Source: the human T2T-CHM13v2.0 reference genome, Homo sapiens. Taken from it: a stretch of DNA of 64,000 bases. Where the stretch lies: NCBI RefSeq assembly GCF_009914755.1, contig NC_060942.1, one strand, 5' to 3'. Below are positions 1 to 14,593 of this stretch, in pieces. Positions within the stretch are counted from its first letter, which is position 1; every line of letters starts with the position of its first letter. The position numbers were made by a program, and so were the translations under genes. Under the pieces are notes generated by a model. The model searched no databases, had not been told where the DNA came from, and was given only the letters and a program-made list of their open reading frames with translations.

Positions 1-1074
1 CCTTTATGGAAATTGTCCATTTATTTTTTCAGCCCTCATGAACAGAGTAAGAAGTCAAGGGCAGCCATTTCCCATTCATCCCCAGAGCTGCATGGCAGAG
101 CGTGAACCTGACACATGGTGCGGTGTAGCAGGGGTGCTTAACACATAATGGGACTGTGGCGCCTTCAGAGGAATTGTACTGCAGGGATAGATAAGGCAGT
201 GGCAAATGCTGACTTATTCTGCACCAGTGAAAACAGTGAGTTTTTATCCTGTGGTGTCTTACTTGTCAAATATACTCATTGCTGAAAAGGCTGGGAATTG
301 TTTGTGACATGAAATCTCACTCACTCCTCAATTTCATACACGAGCAGCAGATAGTCCTGGGGTCATCTTCACAAAAGTGCAGGAAAATCCATAGTAACTT
401 TTGATAGGTTAGTCATCCAATACAAGACCTCCATGCAGCTTATTTTTTGATGGCTAGAGAGCAATCTTTTAGTTTATTATCTGCTTCACACAGCTTGAGA
501 CATCATTAATTAACTTATTTTGATCGATACTACACCCCAATCACCCAGCATGTATTTTTAGACCTTTACTGGCAGAGGAGACACCATAACTGAAGGAACA
601 CCAGCATCAACCTGACCAGGAGACTGGAGTGGCTCTTATTTTGAAGTTTCTTCTTTTTAGGCATCCTCCTGCCCGGTCACTTCCTACCCTGCTCTCCACG
701 TGCAGATACTGAGCAACAAGTCCTGCTGGGTTGGGCATGCACAAAACTGAAAGGCCCTACTCCCTTATACATCTGTGAGTAGGACACAAAATAAGCCATT
801 ACAGTGCCTGAGGACGTGGTTTAATTGTACTTTAATTCCAACAGTAGATGTAGCACTGGTTGTGAGGAGCTAATGGATGTGGAAGTTAGCCCTGGCTTCA
901 GCTATATGGGCACCCAGGCCTACGGTGGAGGGCAGTGCAACCAGTCCAAAAGCCTGAGCAGGTCTGCGTGCTGCTCTCTCAACTCCCACAACGGGAGGGG
1001 CAGGGGAACGAATATAAGCTATCAGCCTTAAAATCTGAGCACGACCTACCTCTGGGAGGGCAGACACCATATTC

Positions 1075-1145
1075 TATTTGTTTTTGTAACCTCCACCCCC
1101 CGGCACAGCACCTGGTACACAGAGGTGCTCAATAGCTGTTTGCTG
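1075..1145 (+). mobile_element. L2 LINE 3' end fragment
   Basis: cacagcacctggtacacagaggtgctcaatagctgtttgctga resembles the L2 3' terminus. Confidence 0.55.
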
Positions 1146-1554
1146 ACAACCAACGGGGCAGGAATAACTCTTGGGAAGGGGCAAAAGAGTGGATCCTTCT
1201 TGGATGAAGGAAAGCCTGGAGCTCCCCCAACTCTGTCCATGCTATGAATGAATGCCTCATGGATTGTGCCTCCCTTTTCTCTGGGAATGTGCCCCATTCC
1301 CGACCCCTGGGCACACCATTTGAGCAGAGGGTCCACAGGGGTCAACTTGAACAGAGAGACCCCTGACTGAAAAAACTCTTGAGGTCCAGTGTGTCTCCAA
1401 GGTTCCCAGGCTCATGTGGACACACAGCCAGCCCAGGGCACAGCACCGTGCCTGTCATCCAGGAGTGTACAATCAGAATGACAAGTCTGGGATCAAATGG
1501 AATGATCCCTGCCAGAGGCCAGGGAACAAGCCTGTGCTGGGCCCCTCTTAATCA

Positions 1555-1695
1555 TCTGCTTTATTCACTCCAAGTGACTTCATGAAGGATGGTGCTATTA
1601 GCCCTCTCTGACAGATAACACAGCAGTCTCAGAGACACAATGTAACTTGACAAAAGTGATTCAGCAGCCCAGGGTGGAGCTGGGGTGCTGATCCT
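1555..1695 (-). mobile_element. MIR SINE fragment
   Basis: Degenerate antisense MIR core: ...tgacagataacacagcagtctcagagacacaatgtaacttgacaaaagtgattcagc...ggagctggg. Confidence 0.5.
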
Positions 1696-2491
1696 AGAGC
1701 CTACCACACCAGGGGCATTTTTTTCCTCCAATCCTTCAATAGTGGGTTATTTCTCACACTGCCTGTACATTCCTGTTTAGAAGGTGACAGGCAGAAGTCA
1801 CACTTTGGGGGCAGGGTGTGGCCAGATAATCCTGAAAAGAAGGGTTGTCTCTTCTTTAGCAAGGTAAGCCTCTGTGTTGCAATACTCAGCATCTGAATCT
1901 CAAGACAGGTCCCTGGAGGTATTGTCAGATTTATCTCAAAATAAACATTGCTTCCAGGGATCCTGCGTGGGACCCTTGGAGACCTAGTCAAAGGAGCACC
2001 TTAGGGTACAGGAATGACAGCCACCTGGGCTCTGCCTGGCAGGCAGTAAAGGCACACGTCGCCTCCAGGGGCCACACTCACCTCTCTGGGAAAACAGGGC
2101 TGCTGCTCACCCTGCTTGTCCCTGGCACAGAAAGCTGCCTTGTCCCTGGCACAGAGCTCAGCACAGATGCTGGCTCCTAGGCACCGCCGAGGGCTCCCCT
2201 CATGGAGTGGCTGACGTGCTGACAGACATAGAAAAGTCAGTCTGCGTTGTGGGGTGCTCTCAGGGCCAAGTGGCTTGTTCTGGGAACCACCTGTTTTCAC
2301 AGGCTTATGTGCTCCCTGCACCCTGCAGACAGCTCTTCCTGCTTCTCAGCAGAAACTCTCCTAGGCCTAAGGCCACGTGTCATCCCACCCACTCTGGGAG
2401 GGTGAGAGGCCAGGATTCCCCCCAGGAAGTGAAACAAAGCATCCCCGTCTCAGGTGTACACCATATTGTATACTTTTGATTCTTTTGTTGA

Positions 2492-2818
<327 letters not shown>

Positions 2819-3332
2819 TGTGCACTTCTTTTCACATTTCACTTTTGGGCAAACTCAATGAAGAAGTAGCTCATGGGCTATTTTCTTCTTGTAGGAGTTG
2901 TGCATATTTCCAGCATTTTCCTGGCTTTGCAGAGAAGCCAGAAGCAGCGGTGCACACAGGATGAGTTGCTCCTCAAGCCGCCCTTGCCTGGGCTGATTTG
3001 TGTTCCCTCTCGCATACACCAAGGCTAGTGAGGCGGAGGATGGCAATTGCTGGCTGTGCTGCTTGGGGAAGCATGCCCAGGTGTCTGTGCCCACACCAAA
3101 TTTCCCTCTGCTTAGCTTTCTGAGGAGGCCCTCCTGCCTGTTTTTCAGGTTTCTCTCTGTTCACACAAATCAAATGTGTGTACTCAAATATGCTCTCCCA
3201 CCACTGACCTCTTGGTGTTCTCTGGGCTCCTTGGCCTGGTCTCACCTTATGCTAATTACAGGCAGCAAGCACAGTGGGCTGTGATGATTAGAAAATATAT
3301 GGGTCAAATAGAAAATAAAATTAAGGCTAGTC

Positions 3333-3507
3333 TTCTTTGTTATGCAAGTAAAAGAAGAAATGAGTATTCTTACTATTTCACAGACTTCAGTCTTTAAAAA
3401 TTATTAGAACTATGAAAAGTTCTTTGTTATACAAGTAAAAGAAATGAGTATTCTTGGTATTCCATAGACTTCAGTCTTTTCTTTAAAAATTATTAGAATT
3501 ATGAAAA
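3333..3507. repeat. Tandem duplication, 2 x ~87 bp, diverged
   Basis: ttctttgttatRcaagtaaaagaa...gagtattctt...agacttcagtcttt...aaaaattattagaaYtatgaaaa occurs at 3333-3419 and 3420-3507. Confidence 0.92.
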
Positions 3508-3620
3508 AAGAAACAATGAATGACACTAACTTTTAAGAAGACTGAAGTGAGATCAAACATGCAAAAGGCTCTGTGCTCTTCGTTATGGGATTCAGGTCCT
3601 GTCGGAAACTAAGTTCCAAG

Positions 3621-3904
<284 letters not shown>

Positions 3905-4058
3905 TTAAAAATAAACTCCAGTTCCAAGTCACACAAAAGCTATTCTGTTCTGTCATCTATTATTCTCTTCTAGAATAAATATCTCCCGATGCAACATGCA
4001 CAGACACTGTATCTTTTTCCTATTTATCAACAGTCAAAGGAACAAAAAGGTTTCAATA

Positions 4059-4061
<3 letters not shown>

Positions 4062-4100
<39 letters not shown>
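4062..4100. repeat. (TG)19 microsatellite
   Basis: Perfect TG run. Confidence 0.98.
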
Positions 4101-4103
<3 letters not shown>

Positions 4104-4199
4104 GGGAAAAAAAAGGAAGAACGAAAGCAAAACACTTGAAATGTTTAAATGGCAGGAACAAGTAACTTGCATAAGTTAAAGAACAAATTATGAAGCAAA

Positions 4200-5950
4200 G
4201 GGATAATGAAGGAATAGAATTAGCCCCTCTATGTTGCGTTTCAACCTCCTATTTAAAGAGAGTCCTGCTAGTGGAGCTACGAGCTCCCACCGGAGTGAGA
4301 CCTGCACTCCTGCTTCCCACACAGGGTGCCCACTCCCCTGCACTTTGGCCCAGCTCCTGCCACCCCACCCTTTTCTTAAACTTGATAGACGGCCTAAACA
4401 ATCTGGCCTCTTCATTGAGCTTCTGGCTTTCTTTACAGTGCAGAATAGACTTCCCAGGTCTACCCAGCTGTGGACACAGCCAGAGGTTGTTTCCTCATGA
4501 CAGGTCAGCATAGGAGCCAAGAACATTCAATTAGTCTGAAGCAAGGTCTCTGTCACATGAAATTCACACCTTTCAATTAGAATTTTTTGCAGAAGCACAG
4601 AAGCAGAGAAACCACAGACAGAGCCACTCAGAAGCCTGGGTTTCATAAAGACTCCCAGAGGTCATGGAAAATGCCCCGTACAGAGTCAACGGCATAGTTT
4701 CAGAAAATACACATTGAGAAACGTGCTATAAATTAGTTCATTTCAGATGCTAATTTTATACTCATAATAGCTGGCAAAAATGACATCTATCTCATTGCTA
4801 TTTTAAAAAAGTCCAGAGATTGGATCAAAGCTACTATATTCATCACACATATGCTTAAGAGGGATAAGAGATGATATGATTTACCCTGAAATTAATTAAT
4901 TTACTATGTTTTCCCATTTATGTGAATAGGCCAAAAGATGCAGAATTTGAAAATGATGTTTTCTATCCATATTAGTAAATATAACTACTAAGTAATTATT
5001 TCTTAGTAACTGGTTTAAAGCTATCATATCAGAAATGCCAGTAACAACCGAGGGGCAATTGAGGAAACCGGCTGAAGGCTTCATCACCTCAGCAGAAAGA
5101 TGACAATTTCCTTAAGTCTTTTACTCCTACCATGGACAGTAATATGAAAACTGATGCGATTTTGTTAAGGGAGGCTCAAGTTGCTCACGTCACGAGGAAA
5201 CACAGTCTTGTAAATTAAGGCCTTCGTTTCCAGCATGAAGGAAACTCCTTACTTGTAACGATATGGTAAGCCTCTTCTTCAAGTAAATGACACTTGTATT
5301 CAAACCTGTTTTACACTGCTGTGGGAAATAACTGCATTTGGAATCCGTAATTTTCTCTACACGGCTACTTTCTACTTCAGGAATAGCCACTGTGGAAGTG
5401 CTGTCACTAGAATACAGTTACATTTTAAGGAGCAAATGCTTAAAGACTACCCAGTCGTAGATAACCGAATCACTGCTAGTGAATTAGAGAAGTCAGTGGT
5501 AACACCAACACTTGAAACCCCAACACAACCCTTTTCTTAATTATCAACTATAAAAGGCAAGCTGCTAACGTGTGTGTTTGTGTGGGTGGGGATTAAAAAA
5601 AAAACAGTGTTAGGGAATAGAACAACTTTCCTGAAGCTAGCGTTTGAAGAAGACTGACTCGAGTAGGCTGTCACCACACTCTCAAGATCCTGTTGGTTAT
5701 CACGGGTAATATTTAGGAACATTCTGCAGAGCCTCTAATAAGCCATTTGAAAGGGAAAACACTGAGCACAGGATTGAGGAGTGACGGAACACAATGGCAG
5801 TGATGAAAACCAGACACAGCAAGTTTCTGAGGCTAGGTGACCCCTCCCACTTCCCAAATAGCCCAGGACTCTTCAGGGAACTTACTGCCTCTGATTTTTC
5901 AGTCTTTCTGTAGGCTGATTTCCTCATACTAAACACTCCTCAATGATACA
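4200..5950. promoter_or_regulatory. Candidate enhancer/promoter in repeat-free unique sequence
   Basis: No recognisable repeats. Contains cctatttaaag (TATA-like, ~4248), gaggaaac ETS/IRF-like sites (~5061, ~5194), cacgtcacg (~5186), ggaagtg (~5394), accaca RUNX-like sites, and donor-like g|gtaagc (~5266). Motif inference only. Confidence 0.3.
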
Positions 5951-6007
5951 GTGAGGCTTCATTGTGTCATATTTTATTCTAACCTGGGAATGGCAAGATC
6001 ATCTGAA

Positions 6008-6306
<299 letters not shown>

Positions 6307-7099
6307 TGAAATTTATTTAAAGGCCATGTAAATTTATTAAGACATACTGGTGTTAATTCTTTGGAGGAATGCAAGGATAAATGATTGTGGCCACATTTCT
6401 GAAGTATGATAGTATTGCTGAATCCCATTATTGAGCCATACTTTATTGTAGAATATTTCCCATCTTAACACTATGGTGACAACTTTCATATACCACAGAA
6501 AAATGATTTCTCTTTAATGGCTTCCTCTTTTTAGTGGCTTCCATTATGCTATTCAAAACTGAAAATGACGACAGATGAATAGAAATCCAAAGAAAATGTT
6601 AAATATGCTTAATTATGTTGCTGTCACAATGCAGGAAATTCTTCAGATAACTGAATATTTTTTTGGGGGGGAAGCTTTTTAAAATATTCCAGAGGTAATT
6701 CCATTTCAGATTTTGAACAGAAAAGGGAGTCCCCCTTCCCCCACCTTGATACATTATTTCTATCAAAGGTAGCATTGCTGCTCATGTTCTCATTTCTTTC
6801 TTGGTGAGAAAATTAATTGATACGCTAGAGTAATTTTCATCCAGAGTGAATCTGAATGTTGTTTCTGAATTATTTTTGGACCTTGGCTTTCTTAATCATA
6901 GCTAATGATCTACGTGTCTTTAGGAGTATTTTTTTCAGAAGGGAAAATTTTTATAGGTATAGATTATTGGTCAAAATCATTGGTCAATTCTTGGTAAGGA
7001 AAATAAAAACTGCTGCTTGGGCCTCAAACTATGCTGTCTTAATGACTAGGAAAACATAATTCTCAACTTTTCCATTTTTTTTTTTCCTGGGAGCTCCAG

Positions 7100-7190
7100 A
7101 TAACAGCACTATGGGAAGGAGGAAGAATTTAATGAAAGCTTGTACCTGCTGGCTGAAACTAAGCAGCCTATTTATAAACTGCTCTGAAAT
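7100..7190 (+). ncRNA. Candidate non-coding exon (91 nt)
   Basis: Long T/C tract 7067-7088, ccag acceptor ending 7099, and donor aat|gtaagt at 7191. No recognisable coding content. Confidence 0.4.
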
Positions 7191-7949
7191 GTAAGTAAAA
7201 AGCTCTTACCTACTCAAGGTTCAAATGAGAGTGCTAGCAAACTAGTGAAGATACAAAGGAGAAACACAAGCTGGGAAAGAAGTGCATAATGGATTGAAGC
7301 AGAGGCAAGAATGGGAGAGATGATACTAGGGAATCAGTGGGAAACCGGAAGGCAGATTTTTGTTAAGGCTGACCTGAATAGCCCTGGAGGTAACATAATG
7401 TTGCAGGTAAAGAATAGATTATTAAATATTGGGGCAAAAATCTCTGCTTGTTCTGTTCCCAGTAACTAAAATCCAGTCCTCCTTCCCTTTGTCTGACCAA
7501 GCCTGAACACGTCCTCCATGGCCCAACACTCAGGCAGTGCTTACTACATGCCAGGCACTGTTGTAAGGATTTTAAGTAAGGAAAAGGAGGCACAAAAAGG
7601 GAATGGAATTTGCCTAAGAGATTTGCCCGAAGGTAGCACAGTCAGGACTCCTAATGAGGCTGCCTGGCTCCCAGGTCTGTGCTCTGGACCCTACGTTATA
7701 TTCCCGAAGGATGTTTAAGTTATAAAGGAAGGTTCTTAACAAATAGGCAAAAAATGGTCTGGAGATGAGGGCTTAGGGAGATGACATGCTGAGGGAATTA
7801 TTTACCTACCTACCTGGGAGTAAGGGCAAAGTCTTAAGGTGTGATGTCCATGGGGTGGTTTTAGAGCACGAGACTAGGGAAAGACAGCTCAAGTTGAGGA
7901 CAAAAAACAGAGATCACACACAGTAGAAGTGAGGGATGGGGATGATGCT

Positions 7950-8270
7950 ACAAATGGACCAGGAGAGAAGCTAATTCAAAGGATGTATTTTGTGGTTGGG
8001 ATCTTGGAGAGGGATGCTGTAGAGGGTCAGAGGGCAACAGCAGGTATGACTCTGGGCAGGTGTGTCTAGGACCAGCAACCAGGGGTGCTGAGCAAGAATG
8101 CAGTCTTGGCTGAGGTCTGGAAATGAAAAGTGACCTGGCCAGAGAGAGCAACCAATCCACAAAAATTGTATTGGTGGAGCAGCTGATTTACCTGAGAATG
8201 AAATAAGAAGGTGCTGAGAGGCCGAAAGAGATGCCTGCCTTTGACTTGTTCCCCTGAGTCTCCTAACAAG
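7950..8270 (-). mobile_element. L2 fragment
   Basis: Purine-rich degenerate L2 internal sequence (gtcttggctgaggtctggaaatgaaaagtgacc). Confidence 0.4.
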
Positions 8271-8319
8271 TGAGCATGTATGAATGAGAATACCTTTCAC
8301 CTAGAGGTTTAAAAGTCAT

Positions 8320-8490
8320 TTCATATACGATGGTATTTGAGCCCCCAGTAGTCTTGTGAGATATTATACCATGTTCCCATGTTCAAATGAGGAAACTGAT
8401 ATGCAGATTGCCTCAGAAGCCATAGAGCTAGCAAATGATATGAGGTGGGAATCAAACCCGGAACCTGACTTCCATTTCACTGCTCTTTCC
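8320..8490 (-). mobile_element. MIR
   Basis: cccatgttcaaatgaggaaactgat...gagctagcaaatgatatgaggtgggaatcaaacccggaacctgactt. Confidence 0.7.
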
Positions 8491-9060
8491 ATTAACTTAA
8501 TATTCTGCTTTTTCGTCTCTATGAAGTTTATACTTCAGTGTTTGCATGCAACATCATATGATGAGGTCATCTTTAATAAACATTCCTTGGGAGCTTCTAG
8601 CTTGGAGCTTTCATCTCCCTTCATTGCCTTTGATGGCTGTTAATTTTTCTTTTCTTAAACTTTAAAATGTGCCCTTAAGCAAAGATTTCAAAATAGGCAC
8701 TGTTAAATTCTGCTAAAAACAAAACCAATAGTTCTGTGCCAGAGCGAGCCTTCCCTATATTGGGGAACTGCCTGAGTGAGTCTGTCTGGTTGGAACCGAT
8801 GCCAGTGAGCCTGTGCCTTCCATGCAATAGCCTAGAGGAATGTACAGGGGCTTGGGCAGTGGGCATGGGCCCGAGTCCAACTACACTGTGCCTTTGCTGT
8901 GAAACTTCATCCAGACATCTGACTTCCCAGAGCCTCATTTTTTAAGAGGCTTCACAGTTACTAACATAGGATTGCTAAGGAAATTAAATCCCTTGTATGA
9001 GATTGTGCTATGCAAATGTTAGGAATTACTCCTTTTTCTGTTTTCTCCCTTCTCCTCCAG

Positions 9061-9640
9061 GCCAGGGAGCAGGTAACTCCCAAATGAAAAAGCAAGCAGG
9101 TCTCTCCCACCATCAGTGGGATGGCTGAGCTGTCTGTGGTGCCTTTGCATCTTGCTGCTTCGCTGACCCTGAAGGTCTGCCCCAGCCTCAGGCGACCAAG
9201 CCTACAGCGACCTCAAGGAGCAGCTGCCTCATCAGTGCTTGTAGGAGGCTCAGGACGGAGAGGGGTCTGATGCCCCCATTTTGTTCCCTTCTTTTGTCTT
9301 CTTTTGACTTCCCTAGGGAAGGGAAAATGTGCTATGAAGTTAAAAGAGGAATGAAGGAAAAAGAGAGAATGGAGGGTCTTCTAAAATGTGTTTATTTCTC
9401 AAAAGCCACATAGTGCTTCACAAATTCACATTAATCTAACACTTTTGCACTGTCCCCTCCCTCACTCCAGCCCCAACCATGGGGCGAAGCCCAGCAGTGT
9501 GGGAATGTACTCGCAAACCCCACACAGACCCGTGGCCACGTGTGGATGCACTCAACAGGAGCCAGCTATATTTCAGTTCTTGCTACTTGTATCTGTCTTT
9601 AGCATCCTCCTACAACGAGCAACACAGATAAATAAATCCC
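9061..9640 (+). ncRNA. Candidate non-coding exon (12-nt micro-exon or terminal exon)
   Basis: Very strong acceptor ctttttctgttttctcccttctcctccag|G at 9060/9061; cag|gtaact donor at 9073; AATAAA at 9631. The end coordinate is speculative. Confidence 0.3.
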
Positions 9641-11249
9641 CAAACCTCACCTTGGCACTGGTTCCAGCTCCTCCCCTCTCCACCTTTAGCAGCCATTATC
9701 ATAAATCACATTCTTTGATATATCTTTCTCAATGTCTCCCTCGCTCAGATTGCCTTTTAGTAAAAGTTCATAAAACAAAACAGAATTTACTAAAAATAGG
9801 TTAGTGGAAAGGTGAGCAATACAACTTCTGAAAAAAAAATTAAACCAGTGTATGATTTGGGGATTTAGTGAAGTGAACTGATAAACTGGGACATTCAAAT
9901 CTATTATGCCAATATTTTCTCTGGCAAGAGATTGCTTGCTGTCTTTGCATGTAGTTTCATTTCAGGACTTAATTCCCTGTTTAAAAAAAAAAACTGGAAG
10001 AAAATTTTGCATTAGTTGTATTTTACTTAGATCCAGAGACGAAGCTCTGCTAATGCATATTACAATATATAATTAAGCATAAATACATTAAAATATTAAA
10101 ACACTGTAAGTTATTAGAAATAATGAAATTTCTTGCATAAAGTCATTGCATGAATTACTTAGGTGCTTGTCAGATCCCTAATCAGAAAGAGCTGCCAGAG
10201 ATGGCAGAGACTTCACTTGCCAAGACAACGTAGTCCATCAGCAAATCAGTGGACTTGGGAAGGAGGTGGTTTTCCATTTAAGCTGCAGCATCACAGAAAG
10301 TTACCCTCTAAAGTCATTCTTAGATGAATACTTCTATGTCATACACAGCTAAATTCCAACAGTCAAAACAATTATTCTAAGCTAATTAAAATACAAATAA
10401 AATTTTAGGCTATGGGATAACAGATCATGAGATAAAAACAATTCTACGATTGTTGGAGGGGCCCTGTATGATATATTCAGATCTTGCTCATCTCTTCCAA
10501 ATCTTTGTTTTTTTAAATAGAAAATGTAAATTATATTTAGCTTAAGTCTATGTTTGAATTTAAATCACTAAAAAAATCTACTTTCTATAAAGCATTTGGA
10601 GCAATCTTGCATATAATACTCATTTGCTTAGCTAACTCTTTTTTTCTGTAGATAAGTAAGGTAAATGTTAGGCCACTAGACAAAATTATCATACATCTTC
10701 AATCATCAATGTCCAGAGTAATGAGTCAATATATGTATGTACGTATGTATATGCATTTAAAAAAATCACTCTTTTGACACATTTCACTTTTCTTTGTAAG
10801 TAATATAGGTGGGCTAGATCAGGGGTTGTCAAGTCAGATTAGAATCATCTGAGGAGATGTGGGCATCTGGCGATGCCCATACCAATTAAAAGAGTTTCTA
10901 GGGGTGTGGATGGAAAGTGGGAACTGGTAGTTTTACAAGGTCCCTGTCACCAGGGTTGAGACACCATAGCTTAGAGTCCTGTAACTTGTCCTTACCACCA
11001 GTTCATTCTCTTCTCTCCTTCTGTGAGGAGCGCTTCTATACTAAGACCCTGAAGGTAACTAGAAAGAGACAAACTCCACCAAGTCATCCAGTGGTGCACC
11101 TTTGAGGACTTCCACTACTCGCCTAGGTTCTATGAGGCCAGTATGGAGACAGAGAGGTGGGGGCCTGTGGGGAACTGGAGGCTACAGGCCCCACTTCTAG
11201 GAGATCTCCCAGCTCCAGCCCACTGTGCCATCAGGAATGTGGGCCCATG

Positions 11250-11412
11250 GCTGCCTGGCTTTCAAGAGAAGCTAGAAATCTGCTTTCTATGTGAAAACCT
11301 CTTGATTTTTAAATGCTTGCAATGAATTAAAAATTTATCAAAACTGTGTTGTCCAAACAATCATGTATGTGACCAAACATGGCCTACAAAATGCTAATTT
11401 ACTACCTCTGAA
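11250..11412. mobile_element. hAT-Charlie DNA transposon fragment (MER103C-like)
   Basis: tttcaagagaagctagaaatctgctttctatgtgaaaacctcttgatttttaaatgcttgcaa...ctacctctg. Confidence 0.55.
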
Positions 11413-11711
11413 CTAGCACAATATCCTGAAAAAAGGCATAAATAAAAAAATATTGGCAGAATGCAGCATGAGCAGTATGTGGAAAGTTTTATTTTTTAAA
11501 CCATATAGATAAATCTGTATTTGCTTACTTATAATTTAGTTGTGCTCTCCAGAACCTAATGGCATAACATTAACAGGCCTTTAAAAGCAGTGTGCTAAAT
11601 GAAGGACAGTTTAAATCCACAGATGTAAAACCATTGTAGAGCAAACATGCAAACAAAAACTGATCAATCAACCAACCCACCCACCCAATTTGACCCTCTG
11701 TGGGCCTTAAA

Positions 11712-11852
11712 GAGGTTCTCAAGCCCTACCATGCAAGGCAGATCACTTGGGAATCTTGTTTATGCAGAATTGGGGCAGGGAGGGAAAGCTGAGATTCCGC
11801 AGTTATTATGTGCTCTCAGGTGAGGCTAATGTTACTGGCCACAATCACTTCA
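11712..11852. mobile_element. MER5A-like hAT MITE
   Basis: gaggttctcaag...gatcacttgggaatcttgtt...atgcagaatt...caggtgaggctaatg. A similar degenerate copy lies at ~10820-10968. Confidence 0.55.
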
Positions 11853-12859
11853 CATGTCAAACAATAAGACTGTTTGCTCCTGGAGGCTGCACCCTGTCTT
11901 TTCTCACCATTTCTGGTAGGTCCTGAGCAACTGAGGGAACGAATCCACTTGGAAGGTCCCCTTTGCAGGCCAAGTGCAGGGCTGGGCAGGCACCACTGGA
12001 GGTGAGGGTGAGAGCGTGAGGGCACAAGGCAAGTAGAGTGGGCCTTATACTCTGGTTGGGGGCAAAGATACAACCAGGTGACAGGTGGCGTGAGATGAGC
12101 TTGCGTTCTCTCCGGGATCCCTAAGAGTCCATCCTCAAGATAAGCAGGCTCAAAACGAGGCCTCTGAATGCCACTCACTCAGAAGGGCTTGCATTGTTTC
12201 CCTTTGGCTGTGGGGAACCAGGGAAGGCCTTTGGGCAGGGAAGTAAGATGATCAAAGTAGGGTTATAAAAAGGTGATCTTGTTCTACAGGAAGGTTACGT
12301 GTATTGCTGGACTATCGATTTTCCATACTTGCCACACAAAATAAATCTTCTAAAATGGCAACTACTTTATAACTCTGCTCTTGTTTAAGTGCCTAGTTAT
12401 ATATAGATTTCTGAGGGCCTTTAACTCAAAGAAATCTATGTCTCCTTACAAAATAAATCCAAACAAAGCAATAGTACAAAGAGAAAATGTTTGGCATGTT
12501 ATTAATTCACATGGGGGACTTCAGGATACACTGAAAACACTTGTAGAAAAGAATTTCTTGCACTTCACTAAAAGTGGACAATTTCACCTCCAAACAAATG
12601 GAATTTAGTCACAAACCCAGAATCATCTGTATCATATATATGAAAAAGGGCTGGGATGAAGAGAATGAATGTGTTCTACTCTCCACATGCCATCAATATT
12701 AATTTTGCTTATGTGCGTGGATAGTAATTGAGTCCCATGTTTCCTCTATAAAACATCATCTAGACTTAGCTAGCAAATATAGACATCAGCTCAGCCAGAG
12801 AGCTATTACAAAGTCTAAGCCCTGAAGGAATTCCTTTCAAACTTTAGTAGGGTTCATGT

Positions 12860-12862
<3 letters not shown>

Positions 12863-12894
<32 letters not shown>
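12863..12894. repeat. (TG)16 microsatellite
   Basis: Perfect TG run. Confidence 0.97.
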
Positions 12895-12895
<1 letters not shown>

Positions 12896-13009
12896 TGGGC
12901 TACTCTTCAGTCCCAGTACTCACCAATGGTACCTTTTACATGACAGCAGCAGTAAGGGATGGTCGTGAAGATTAAGTGAGATACATGTGTAAAGCACACA
13001 GGGCCTAGG

Positions 13010-13456
13010 CTTGGAATATCATTTTCTTCCTCTCTGATTCACTCATCTGTCTCCCCACCTCTCTGATCTCGTCTCTTGCCCAGTCCACCTTGTTTCCGTG
13101 TCCTGACCACAGCAGGCCTCCTTTTGGTCCCCTGAATGCATCTTGCTGGTAGCCTCTGTTGTTCTTTCCTCCTGGAATGCCCACCCCTCTTCTCTTTGCT
13201 TGGCTGACTCCTAGAAGTTCAGATTAAATGGCACTTCCACAGACAGGCCCATGCTGACCCTCAAATATAATTGAGGTTCTTTCCATGCCCGTACATGACT
13301 TTCATTCTCTCCTGTAGCACACTATCTTTTTCATCATGTTTCCTATCACAGTCAGTACTCAGTATGTGCAAGTTTGTCTGTATTCCCATTACTGTAAGCC
13401 TTGCCAGTGCCTTGCATACAGTAGGGGCTTAATAAATACATGTTAAGCAAATGAGT
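13010..13456 (+). mobile_element. L2 3' fragment
   Basis: Pyrimidine-rich L2 body ending gcatacagtaggggcttaataaatacatgttaagcaaatgagt. Confidence 0.7.
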
Positions 13457-14062
13457 CGTTTAGGGAAGAGTCTGTCTCTTATTCAGTCCTCAAGATGAAC
13501 ACGGCTTTGCCTTTAAGAGGCACATAAACATTCTGTTGATTGACTCTAAATGACTCCCATCAAGTCACACGGCAGGTTGGTCACTTGCTACCTGGCATCT
13601 TTTGTCTACACTAAAGCTGCTATAATAGTAACCTGTTTAATTATTCTCACACTTACACTGCTCTATAACTAGAGCCAGGAAAGAGGAAGATCTTAGAGGT
13701 AAAATAACAAAAAATTCACAGCTGCCGTGTCAAGATTTTTAAAAAATTGAATTTAAAAGAACAAAGAATTAGCCAGCCCCACCTTTAAAATTTCTGTAAT
13801 CAAATGTTAATATATAAAGTTTAGCCACATTAGAATGTTTGGGAGATACTTCTGTTCTGTGGAGTCCTGCTCAGCTGTAAAATACCAGGTCATCTGAAAA
13901 AAATCAACACTGGCTGAACCTAGTGACATGCTGAGCCCAGCCAACCCCAGGAGGTGAATGTCCACTGCCCTGGAGGGATTTCCCACACTTCTCCTCTTCC
14001 CCCAATTCTCACCGAGAAACCTCTATTGTGTAGCCCTGGGCTGTGGCTTTTGGCCAACAGTA

Positions 14063-14120
14063 CATCCATCCAGTGCATCCATCCATCCATCCATCCATCC
14101 ATCCATCCATCCATCTATCC
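14063..14120. repeat. (CATC)n microsatellite at the tail of an antisense L2
   Basis: catccatcc array followed by L2-like ccaggttcttgggacacaaagatgaa...ccctcatgaactcatggtccagc. Confidence 0.9.
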
Positions 14121-14593
14121 AACATTATACCAGGTTCTTGGGACACAAAGATGAAGGAGACTTATTTTTTACCCTCATGAACTCATGGTCCAGCAGGAAG
14201 GGCATATGTGGAAAGAATCGGTTGCAGCAACGAGGTACGTGCGAGGAGGACAGGGTGATGTGCTGAGTTCAGGCTGACAATAGGGCATGATGAGGAGCCC
14301 CGGGAGGGGAGGTTTGAGCTGGGCCCTCAGGTGGACAGAAGCCTGTTAGGCAGACGGGGCTTGAGGTCTTTCAGGCAGAGGTACACATGGCGCCTGGTTA
14401 TGGGGGCCTGGGCCACAGGGTGTATCAAACCTGTAGTATGATACGATGTTTGATAGAGTGCCCCCACACTATCATATCCCCCATTATGCGGGGACAGTGT
14501 GGGGCATGAGGCTGGAGAGTGAGGTGGGTGGAGACCAGGAAATCCCCCAAGAACATTAAGTACTTTGAACAACTCCTGGAAGCCCACGGGGAG

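Noticed and set aside
2115-2155. 17-bp direct repeat cttgtccctggcacaga (24-bp period)
   Set aside because: Ordinary short slippage duplication with no further structure.
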